Shown: one piece after another, positions 21,616 through 30,814 of the stretch | Layout of the letters: each line of letters opens with the position of its first letter | How positions within the stretch are numbered: position 1 is the first letter of the stretch | Assembly: GCA_965216735.1 (NCBI GenBank) | Contig: OZ244198.1 | Coordinates: 1,525,628-1,589,627, forward strand | Source: Arenicellales bacterium | Lineage (GTDB): Bacteria; Pseudomonadota; Gammaproteobacteria; Arenicellales; CBDCFT01 | Length of the DNA: 64,000 nt | Direction of reading: 5' to 3' | Position numbers and translations under genes: made by a program | The notes under the pieces: model-generated | What the model was told of the DNA's origin: nothing | What the model saw: the letters and a program-made list of their open reading frames with translations, nothing else | Databases searched by the model: none

Positions 21616-23550
21616 ATGTCAGAAACGCATATTTATCCTGTTCCTGCGGAAGTGGCCACCCGAACCCATATCACCAAAGCCCGGTACCAGGAGATGTACC
21701 AACGTTCGGTCGACGATCCGGAAGGATTCTGGGCCGAGCAAGCGGAACAGTTTGTCACTTGGTTCAAACCCTGGGACAAGGTCATGGATTATGACTATTA
21801 CAAAGCCAATATTCGTTGGTTCGAGGGCGCCAAGCTCAATGTCGCCTACAATTGTGTGGACCGTCATTTGGAGACGCGGGGAGATCAAGTCGCCATTATT
21901 TGGGAAGGTGATCATCCCTCGGTCGACAAGAAAATCACCTACCGCGAACTACATGAGCTGGTGTGCAAATTCGCTAATGTGCTGAAATCACGGGGCGTCA
22001 AGAAAGGCGACCGTGTTTCCATTTACATGCCCATGATCCCGGAGGCCGCAATCGCCATGTTGGCGTGTACTCGGATTGGTGCCATTCATTCCATCGTTTT
22101 TGGTGGTTTTTCACCGGACGCGTTAAAAGACCGCATACTGGACTCGGACTGCCAGGTGGTAGTTACTGCTGACGAAGGTCCGCGCGGTGGCAGAAATGTA
22201 CCTCTGAAAGCGAATGTTGAAAAAGCATTGGAAGATTGTCCCAACGTGCACACCACCATCGTTGTAAAACGTACTGGTAACGATGTTCCGGTAAATAGTG
22301 AGCGTGATATATGGTATCACGACGCCATGCAATCGGCTTCTGCCGACTGTCCAGCCGAGGAAATGGATGCGGAAGACCCGTTATTTATCTTATACACTTC
22401 GGGTTCGACAGGAACACCCAAAGGTGTTTTGCACACCACAGGGGGGTATCAGCTATATACCGCGATAACACATAAATATATTTTCGATTACCACGACGGC
22501 GATATCTATTGGTGTACTGCTGATGTCGGTTGGGTGACCGGGCACTCGTACATCGTTTACGGACCACTGGCTAATGGCGCGACCACCATCATGTTTGAAG
22601 GTGTGCCGACTTATCCCGATGCTAGCCGTTTCTGGCAAGTGGTAGACAAACACCAAGTCAATATTTTCTATACCGCACCTACCGCCATTCGTGCCTTGAT
22701 GGGGCAGGGTGACGAACTGGTCAAGCAAACCAGCCGCAAATCGTTACGTTTGCTCGGTACTGTGGGTGAACCGATTAACCCAGAGGCCTGGGAGTGGTAT
22801 TACAACGTTGTCGGCGATAAAAGGTGTCCCATCGTTGACACCTGGTGGCAAACTGAAACCGGTGGGATTTTGATTACGCCGCTACCGGGAGCGACGGATC
22901 TTAAACCGGGGTCAGCCACTCTGCCGTTTTTTGGTGTCGTTCCGGCCTTACTTGATGCAGACGGTAACGAGTTGGAAGGCGCCGCGTCAGGTAACTTGGT
23001 GATAAAATGTCCGTGGCCCGGCCAAATGCGTACGGTGTATGGCGACCATGATCGTTTTATTGAAACCTATTTCAAAATGTACCCGGGGAATTATACGACC
23101 GGCGACGGCGCACGGCGTGACGAAGATGGATATTACTGGATCACAGGCCGGGTCGACGATGTGATTAATGTATCCGGTCATCGCATGGGCACGGCCGAAG
23201 TGGAAAGCGCATTGGTTTTGCACGATAAAGTCGCGGAGGCAGCGGTTGTGGGTTATCCCCATGAGATTAAAGGCCAGGGTATTTATGCCTATGTAACACT
23301 CATGGCCGGCGAACAACCCAGCGAAGAGTTGCGTAAAGAGTTAGTACAGCTAGTGCGCAAAGAAATCGGCCCGATCGCATCGCCCGATGTTGTTCAATGG
23401 GCGCCGGGTTTGCCCAAGACCCGATCCGGGAAAATCATGCGCCGTATCTTGCGTAAAATTGCAGCGAATGAGCTGGATAATCTCGGCGATACCAGTACCT
23501 TGGCGGAACCTGCTGTGGTCGACAATTTGATTGAAAATCGTGCAGCGTAA
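21616..23550 (+). CDS. acs: Acetyl-CoA synthetase
   Basis: AMP-binding [11 protein letters not shown]. Acs-specific WWQTETGG. C-terminal SGKIMRR. SD AAAGGAGA upstream. Confidence 0.97.
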   Translation: MSETHIYPVPAEVATRTHITKARYQEMYQRSVDDPEGFWAEQAEQFVTWFKPWDKVMDYDYYKANIRWFEGAKLNVAYNCVDRHLETRGDQVAIIWEGDHPSVDKKITYRELHELVCKFANVLKSRGVKKGDRVSIYMPMIPEAAIAMLACTRIGAIHSIVFGGFSPDALKDRILDSDCQVVVTADEGPRGGRNVPLKANVEKALEDCPNVHTTIVVKRTGNDVPVNSERDIWYHDAMQSASADCPAEEMDAEDPLFILYTSGSTGTPKGVLHTTGGYQLYTAITHKYIFDYHDGDIYWCTADVGWVTGHSYIVYGPLANGATTIMFEGVPTYPDASRFWQVVDKHQVNIFYTAPTAIRALMGQGDELVKQTSRKSLRLLGTVGEPINPEAWEWYYNVVGDKRCPIVDTWWQTETGGILITPLPGATDLKPGSATLPFFGVVPALLDADGNELEGAASGNLVIKCPWPGQMRTVYGDHDRFIETYFKMYPGNYTTGDGARRDEDGYYWITGRVDDVINVSGHRMGTAEVESALVLHDKVAEAAVVGYPHEIKGQGIYAYVTLMAGEQPSEELRKELVQLVRKEIGPIASPDVVQWAPGLPKTRSGKIMRRILRKIAANELDNLGDTSTLAEPAVVDNLIENRAA

Positions 23551-23580
23551 CATAGGCTAGTAAATCGGTCGCCGGAGTGT

Positions 23581-24072
23581 ATGACTATCGAGGCGCGTCT
23601 GCAAGAACTCGGCATTGAGTTGCCCGACGCGCCCAAAGCAATCGGCAACTTTGTTCACGGTATAGTGTATGACGGTGTTTTATATGTTTCCGGCACTTAT
23701 GGCACGGTTAAGGACGACAATGGAGAAGACGTCATATCGAAACCGGGAAAAGTCGGCGCTGAACTGTCTGTTGAGGACGGTTATCAGTCCGCCCGATGGA
23801 TGGTGATTAATCATCTGGCCATGGCGAAAGCGGTCTTGGGGGATTTGGATGCGATTGATCGGCCGATACGTTTGGTGGGATATGTGAATGCGGCGTCTGG
23901 GTTTCAAGACGCGCCATTGGTGTTAAATGGTGCGTCCGATCTATTGATCGAAGTTTTTGGTAAAGAAAAGGGCGTTCATGCGCGTATGGCGTTATACCAA
24001 CACGAATTGGCCAGGAACGCACCCATCGCCGACGAAATCATGTTTGGTTTGAAAACCCTAACTAGAAAGTAA
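23581..24072 (+). CDS. RidA/YjgF/Endoribonuclease L-PSP family protein
   Basis: 163 aa. The N-terminal pattern RLQELGIELPD...G.LYVSG is typical of Rid-family paralogs. Confidence 0.8.
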   Translation: MTIEARLQELGIELPDAPKAIGNFVHGIVYDGVLYVSGTYGTVKDDNGEDVISKPGKVGAELSVEDGYQSARWMVINHLAMAKAVLGDLDAIDRPIRLVGYVNAASGFQDAPLVLNGASDLLIEVFGKEKGVHARMALYQHELARNAPIADEIMFGLKTLTRK

Positions 24073-24097
24073 TTGTTTGGGTTATGCGATCGAGCGA

Positions 24098-24764
24098 TTA
24101 GCGCTGAACATCTGTAGTGCCCTCCAATCCGGCTAGTGCTTCACCCGTTGCACCGGGAATACGCATTTCGAAAATTTCTTTGACTACCGTGTAGTCGTAG
24201 TAACCCATGCGTGCGATCGGTTTAATTTTTTGGTATATCGATTTTGCCTTCCCTGGTTACAACGTCGTCACGAATATGGATACGAATTACCTCTCCGAAG
24301 ACAACGTCAACATTGCCGACGGAACTGTTGCCGGTGAAACTTTGGGTAGACAGATAACGGCATTCGAAGTGGCATGGCGATTCGGTTACACGGGGAACGG
24401 GCGCGTCCTCGCATGCCGTTTTAGTGACCCCGGCTTCAAAAAACTCGTCCTCGTCAGGTGCTAAAGCCATAGCGGATCTGTTGACCGCCTCACGCAAATC
24501 CCAGGTTGCCATATTCCACACAAAATAACCGGTTTGTTCTGCATTGAGTACAGTGTCTTTTCGTCGGCCATCCAGATAACCGTTAGCTGCAAACATGACC
24601 AATGGAGGGTCAAAAGTAAGGTTTTGCCATTGACTATAAGGCGCCAGATTATCTACTCCGGAAACCGACGTTGTGGATAACCAGCCAATCGGCCGTGGCA
24701 CGGTGCAGCTTTTAAATGGATCGAAGGACAGCGGCCGCTCGTCGTTGCGCGGATCAAAATGCAT
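24098..24764 (-). pseudogene. Flavin reductase-like (FMN-binding split barrel) gene with a 1-nt frameshift near the 3' end
   Basis: The ORF 24222-24764 ends ...GKIDIPKN* inside an A6 run (about 24223-24233). The shifted frame continues open as PIARMGYYDYTVVKEIFEMRIPGATGEALAGLEGTTDVQR* to 24098, a plausible family C-terminus. Confidence 0.6.
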
Positions 24765-24791
24765 GAGCTATTGTTCTTTCGTTAGCATAAA

Positions 24792-25916
24792 TCAATAGTG
24801 GTCTCGAAGATATTGCTTAAACGCATTTAATCCTTCATCGATTCCTTTGCGCCCAAAGCCGATGCGAAAACGGTCTTGCGGTGTTGGCAACAGTTCGGAT
24901 TGATAGACTTTGGGTGGTAACAATAAAACCCCCGATTGTTCTACCAAATCTTCGCAGAACTGGTCGGTTGTGCCCGACCCTGTATAACGTGGAAAACCAA
25001 CACAACTGCCATCGGGTCGTCGCCATTCGAAAAACTCCGGAAATTCACTGAAAAACGCATCCAGTTTTGCGGCGTTTTTTATGCACTAAGTGTCTGTTGC
25101 GTTGCAAAATAACGTCGCGTGCTTTGAGTGCAATTAACGCTAAACGTTCGCTAGGGGCGGAATTGCAGATCGATAGATAGTGTTTGTAACATTCCATTGC
25201 TTTCAAAATTTTGTGTCCTGAGACATGATCCAGCCGATGCGTAAACCGGGTAATCCATAGGACTTGGACATGACATTGAGAGATAACGCTCGTTCGTAGA
25301 CATCTGCAGCTTGTGGCAAACGAATAGCGGAATCTCGTTCTACCAAACGAAATACTTCGTCGCTAAACAAATAAATACCGCTTTTTCGACATAGCTCAAT
25401 CAACGCATCGAAACGACTGCGCTCCAGTACGGCTCCGGTAGGATTATTGGGGAAATTAATAGATATCAGTTTGGTGTTTGGCCTGATGGAATCTTTTACA
25501 CGATCTATATCTAGCGACCAGTTATCGTTTGCATCTAGTGAAACACCGGTCACTGTGCAGATATCCAGGGGGATGGTCTCCGCCGCCTGGTAGTTCGGCA
25601 CGATCACAATCACGTGATCTTTCTCTTTTAGCAGCACTCGCATGGCCGTATAAACACCTTCTTCAGCGCCGGCAAAGCACAAGACATGGTGCGGTTTTGC
25701 CGTTTCGTAAGTGCTTGCTATGACCTGACGCAATTCCGGTAAACCGAACGTTTCAGTGTAACCAAGCCAAGTGTGCTCGAATGCTTCGCGATCCCCCGGT
25801 GTGGCTAACTCCAGCAGGGAGGATAAAGATATGCTCTCAATATCAGATGCCGTCATGTGATAGCGCGCGGAAAACTCCCATCTGGAGAAATAAACTTCGA
25901 GAGCGAAATTACGCAT
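24792..25916 (-). pseudogene. Class I/II PLP-dependent aminotransferase disrupted by two homopolymer frameshifts
   Basis: The N-terminal 237 codons are intact up to ...SKSYGLPGLRIGWIMSQDTKF* (stop at about 25203). The frame resumes after AAAATTTT as KAMECYKHYLSICNSAPSERLALIALKARDVILQRNRHLVH. After an A6 run (about 25075-25080) it resumes again as KNAAKLDAFFSEFPEFFEWRRPDGSCVGFPRY...GIDEGLNAFKQYLRDHY*. Confidence 0.75.
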
Positions 25917-26233
25917 CGTGAACTCTAAAAACAAAATCTATTTTCGAATCCGTCATCCATTGTAAATATTACCATTGACAGCACATTGATAACGGGCGCG
26001 TGATGACGCGTCTTGTACCTGTGGCGAAGTCGTCGGTACTGTCGCTTCTTCATGTGAAATTCTTTTCGAAATTCGCCCAAAATTAACAATTTTTTACCCA
26101 CTGGTTACTATTCGGAGGTTCTGGGTATCGTATAGTCGCTCTCTACCTGGGAGGTGGTGAGAGCAAATTGCTCCCTGCGGTGCGCAGGGGTTAAGGGATT
26201 TGCGGAAATCCTTGTGGCGTCGTTGCCATTGTT

Positions 26234-29200
26234 ATGTCTTCATATTTAGGAAATGTCAGAATTAGGGATATGGCAGTCAATCCAAAAAATCGCCTTGACG
26301 CTGATCGGCGCCTGCAAGACTTTCTCGATGCGTCTTCCGATTGGTTTTGGGAGATGGATGAAAACTGCCGCTTTACCTATTTTTCCGAGGATTTCACTGA
26401 AATAACCGGAGTGCCCCAAGAATCCTTGCTGGGTAAGACACGGCAGGAAACGGGGATACCCAACGTCGCCCCCCAGCTTTGGGAAAAACACCTCGCTGAT
26501 TTAGCCGCCCATCGTTCGTTTCGCGAATTCGTGCATTCACGCACCTTACCGAACGGCCAGGTAAAGTATTTGTCCATCAATGGCAAGGCCTTATTTGATG
26601 ATTCCGGCCACTTTTGCGGTTATCGCGGCACCGGCACTGACGTTACAGCACGTGTGCTTGCGGAACAGGCCCGAGAAAGAGTCAGCGCTTTGTTCGAACG
26701 CGCCGTTAAACTCGCGAATCTGGGGCACTGGGTGTGGGACGAAGTCAATGACCGTTGCATTTATTGTTCCGAAGAGTTAGCACGTATCCATGGAATAACA
26801 GTCGATGAATATTTACGTCGGACACAATCTACCGAGGATCGCATACAACGCCTGCATTCGAACGATCGTGAACGTTACCATTTAACTATTAATAAAGCTA
26901 TCGAGAGCGGTACAGGCTTCGAAATCGAATACCGAATCGTACGTGACGACGACAAGGTGGTTTACGTCAAGGAAGTCATGGAAGTCGAATTCGATGACAA
27001 CGGACGGTTCGTTAGATCGGTTGGATTTATTCAAGATATCTCCGAGGCAGTGGAGGCGCGCGACGCACTACAAATTTCATTTGATCAACTCGAACAACGT
27101 GTGAAGGAACGCACTGCCGAACTAAGAGAGCTATACGAATCGTTACGGGTCAAGGAATCGCACCTGCGTCAAGCACAGAAAATGAATCGTATCGGTGGGT
27201 TTATCTGGGATGATATAAATAACAAACCATATGAAATCTCCCAGGAGTTTGCCGATCTTTTCAAAGTTACGATACCGCAAGCGCTTGATACTTTTGCGAC
27301 GCGGGAAAAAATTGAGGATTTGATCCTGCCAGAGGATCGCGAATCGTACCGAACAAAGCTGGAAACGGCGAAGGCACAGAAGACTGCATACGACGTATTA
27401 TTTCGTTCCCAGGATGCAAACGGGAAACTCCACTACTGGCGTGAAACCGGTGAACCGGTTGTTGACGACAGTGGTAAGTTGATTCGCACGTTCGGTACCA
27501 TGCAGAACCTCACTAAATACAAGTTTACTGAGGAAGCATTAAAAGAAAGCGAAGCATTGTTGCAGCAAGCCCACCGTATTTCACAAATCGGATTCTGGTC
27601 ATCTAATTCCGATGAATCGTTGACGGTGTCGTCGGAAATGGCGCATGTATTACGGGTTCCCCATAAAGAGATCAACGGCATCAGTACTGCGGAGTTTGTA
27701 CAGCGGTTTGTATACGATAAGGACAGGAAACGGGTTCAGAAGTTTTTTGATTCAATTCAGGATCAGCGTCAGCGATTTGAGATCGAATACCGAGTGGTAG
27801 CGGGCGACGGTTCGATACGATGGGTAAGGGAATTGGGAGAATGGATTACTAACGAGGTCACAGGTTTACCCATTGAAATCGGGACAGTGCAAGACGTCAC
27901 CGAGCAAAAAAGATCGGAGCAGGCACTTAAACAAAGTGAAAGCCGCGTTCGGAGCCTGATCGAAAACTCACCGTCGGCAATTGTGTTAGAGGACGAAAGT
28001 GGAGAGTTTATTTTGGTCAACTCACGATTTCAGGAATGGTTTGATCATCCCGGATCGAAGACGCTTGGAAAGACAGCGTATGACGTTTTTCCTAAGGAAA
28101 TTGCCAATCGGTACGTATCCCATAACCGGCAGATAATTGAGTCAGAACTTCCCAGCCACTTAGAGTTCATCTGCCCAGTAAACAACGAAGAACGCATATT
28201 TCATGCCACGAAATTTCCCATCCCTGTCACCAACGGCAACGTATCCGTTGGCGCTGTCATTGCCGATGTGACCGAGCGGCGACAAACCGAACGCCAATTG
28301 CGTCACTCCCAAAAAATGCAAGCTGTGGGTCATCTCACAGGCGGTGTGGCACATGACTTTAACAACTTATTGGCAGTCATTCTTGGCAGCGCTGAATTGT
28401 TGGAGCAAGACATTACCGCCGACGATAAGAAAGCAAAAAAATTAATTCAATCAATTATTCATTCATCAACAAAAGGCGCTGAATTAACACAACGCCTGTT
28501 GTCGTTCTCACGCCAACTCCCGTTACATCCTGCCGACACTGATCTATGCGAGTTAATTGGCGGTATGAAAGATTTGTTGACCCGATCGTTGGGAGAACAA
28601 TACAAAGTGGATATGACATTGGACCCCGACACCTGGCTTGCAAAAGTCGACGCCAGTCAGTTAGAAAACGCGATTGTGAATCTTGCTATTAACGCTGGTC
28701 ACGCTATGCCTAATGGCGGAAACCTCCATATTGAGACATATAACAAGACCATGGACGAACAAGATGTCATGGCACGTGGTGAGGTCATACCAGGCGATTA
28801 TGCTGTAATTATGGTTACCGATACCGGTACGGGCATGACCTCCGATGTGTTGGCCCAGGCAATCGATCCGTTTTTTACTACAAAAGAAGTGGGTGAGGGC
28901 AGTGGTCTCGGTCTATCTATGGTTTATGGTTTTGCCAAACAGTCGGGCGGTGAACTTTCTATTTACAGCGAACCGGGATTGGGGACAACCGTTCGATTGT
29001 ATTTACCGAGAGTAAAACTCCAGGAAGAAACCGAAGATGAAGCGCAAATCGAAGAGGAACTACAACCGGGTCACGAGACGATATTGGTCATAGAGGATAA
29101 TGAAGATGTTCGCGACATGATAGAGATCATGTTAGAAGACCTCGGTTATCGAGTGAAGCTTGCAGAGCACGCGCAAGCGGGGCGGGAAATACTGAAGTCC

Positions 29201-29437
29201 GGTGCCCATATTGATCTGTTATTGTCCGATGTCGTTTTACCGGGTGACACCAGTGGCCCGGAATTTGTCGCGCAGATCAAGAAAGACTATCCCGATTTAA
29301 AAGTCCTGTATATGTCCGGCTACGCCGAGTCGATGAAATATCAACACAACATGATCACCGAGGATGTCGAACTCATCAATAAACCGTTCCGAAAGCAGGA
29401 GATCGCAGATCGTTTGCGAAGTATGTTCGATGTATAA
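26234..29437 (+). CDS. Cytoplasmic hybrid sensor histidine kinase / response regulator with about five PAS/PAC modules
   Basis: Repeated PAS/PAC blocks (W.WD..., EYR.V..DG...W). H-box GGVAHDFNNLL. HATPase N, G1 and G2 boxes (NLAINAGHAM, DTGTGM, GSGLGLS). C-terminal REC domain (ILVIEDNEDVR...LLLSDVVLPG...K). No TM segment. The start could instead be Met13 at 26270. Confidence 0.9.
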   Translation: MSSYLGNVRIRDMAVNPKNRLDADRRLQDFLDASSDWFWEMDENCRFTYFSEDFTEITGVPQESLLGKTRQETGIPNVAPQLWEKHLADLAAHRSFREFVHSRTLPNGQVKYLSINGKALFDDSGHFCGYRGTGTDVTARVLAEQARERVSALFERAVKLANLGHWVWDEVNDRCIYCSEELARIHGITVDEYLRRTQSTEDRIQRLHSNDRERYHLTINKAIESGTGFEIEYRIVRDDDKVVYVKEVMEVEFDDNGRFVRSVGFIQDISEAVEARDALQISFDQLEQRVKERTAELRELYESLRVKESHLRQAQKMNRIGGFIWDDINNKPYEISQEFADLFKVTIPQALDTFATREKIEDLILPEDRESYRTKLETAKAQKTAYDVLFRSQDANGKLHYWRETGEPVVDDSGKLIRTFGTMQNLTKYKFTEEALKESEALLQQAHRISQIGFWSSNSDESLTVSSEMAHVLRVPHKEINGISTAEFVQRFVYDKDRKRVQKFFDSIQDQRQRFEIEYRVVAGDGSIRWVRELGEWITNEVTGLPIEIGTVQDVTEQKRSEQALKQSESRVRSLIENSPSAIVLEDESGEFILVNSRFQEWFDHPGSKTLGKTAYDVFPKEIANRYVSHNRQIIESELPSHLEFICPVNNEERIFHATKFPIPVTNGNVSVGAVIADVTERRQTERQLRHSQKMQAVGHLTGGVAHDFNNLLAVILGSAELLEQDITADDKKAKKLIQSIIHSSTKGAELTQRLLSFSRQLPLHPADTDLCELIGGMKDLLTRSLGEQYKVDMTLDPDTWLAKVDASQLENAIVNLAINAGHAMPNGGNLHIETYNKTMDEQDVMARGEVIPGDYAVIMVTDTGTGMTSDVLAQAIDPFFTTKEVGEGSGLGLSMVYGFAKQSGGELSIYSEPGLGTTVRLYLPRVKLQEETEDEAQIEEELQPGHETILVIEDNEDVRDMIEIMLEDLGYRVKLAEHAQAGREILKSGAHIDLLLSDVVLPGDTSGPEFVAQIKKDYPDLKVLYMSGYAESMKYQHNMITEDVELINKPFRKQEIADRLRSMFDV

Positions 29438-29534
29438 TCTGTATGATTCACAGAGATGGTTTCAATCTTTTGATCTCCAAATCTAGCCTATAATTGGGTT
29501 CCTGTATTCATTCTTTTTGAAATGATAGTTGTTC

Positions 29535-29563
29535 AACACTTCCTCGGTAAGAGGTGTTTTTTT
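29535..29563 (+). terminator. Probable intrinsic terminator of the kinase gene
   Basis: AACAC(ttc)CTC-ggtaa-GAGGTGTT followed by a T-run, TTTTTTT overall (29557-29563). It lies about 100 nt after the stop at 29437. Confidence 0.55.
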
Positions 29564-29995
29564 CGAGTAGTTGACAGACTTTTTCCATCGGTGTTTTCTC
29601 TTTATAAAGAACCATGAGCACGTTGCCATGGGTTTGGGATGGCCGTCTTACGATTGCCCGTCAGGTTTCGTAGGTCCACGGGAATAACGCCTAATTTCCT
29701 ATGCCAGCTGTTCGATCAATTCGCTTGAATCGGATATAGACTCGGTCAGAATAACTATTCTCCAACTGATATCATTTGTTTTGGTCGAACATCGTGGGCA
29801 TTTGTTGTTCGGGTCACTATTGTATCGATATTATAAAAACATATGATTCAACTGTCTGATAACGACGACGCAGTAACGCGTATAACCTCTAGACGGTAGG
29901 TAAACCCTCAAGAATTTCACGAATAGGTGAATTGTACGGGCTTGACCTGTTGCATAAGCTTGTTAAGCTAGACCACTCAACATTGAGGTAGATAC

Positions 29996-30406
29996 ATGAA
30001 ATCAGTTCGTTTTTTGGCGGTCACCGTACTGTTAGCGTCACCGGTATTAGCTGAGGCTCAGGGATTACCGATAGAGCCAGGGTTATGGGAAACCACTATT
30101 ACCCAAAACAACCCGTTTTTGGGCACGAAAACCGAAACCAAACAGGATTGTGTACAGGAAACTGAATTTGATCCGCGCAAGATGCTAGAAGGAGCGGAAG
30201 GCTGCACCATGGAGCAAGATATCTCCGGCAATACTCTCACTTTTAGTATGCAGTGCAATAATGAAGACGCTGCCGGTTCCGGGTCGGGAAAAATGACCTC
30301 AAACGGTGATACGGGTTCAGGTGAAATGCAAATGCAGTGGACGGCCGGTGGTCAAACCATGTCGATGGAAATGGAGTGGAATGGCAAGCGTATCGGCGAC
30401 TGTTAA
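29996..30406 (+). CDS. Secreted DUF3617-like protein
   Basis: Signal peptide MKSVRFLAVTVLLASPVLAEA. PGLWE motif, conserved Cys pattern and a C-terminal ...GKRIGDC. 136 aa. Confidence 0.75.
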   Translation: MKSVRFLAVTVLLASPVLAEAQGLPIEPGLWETTITQNNPFLGTKTETKQDCVQETEFDPRKMLEGAEGCTMEQDISGNTLTFSMQCNNEDAAGSGSGKMTSNGDTGSGEMQMQWTAGGQTMSMEMEWNGKRIGDC

Positions 30407-30412
30407 ATTTAA

Positions 30413-30769
<357 letters not shown>

Positions 30770-30814
30770 AATCAGGATTAGTTTGGGATTGAGAGTATTT
30801 TACTCACTGAGGAT

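Noticed and set aside
29452-29850. 9-bp direct repeat TATGATTCA at about 29452 and 29842, flanking most of the long spacer; considered as possible target-site or att remnants of an excised element
   Set aside because: A 9-mer recurring once in AT-rich DNA is expected by chance. There are no inverted terminal repeats, integrase or transposase, or adjacent tRNA.
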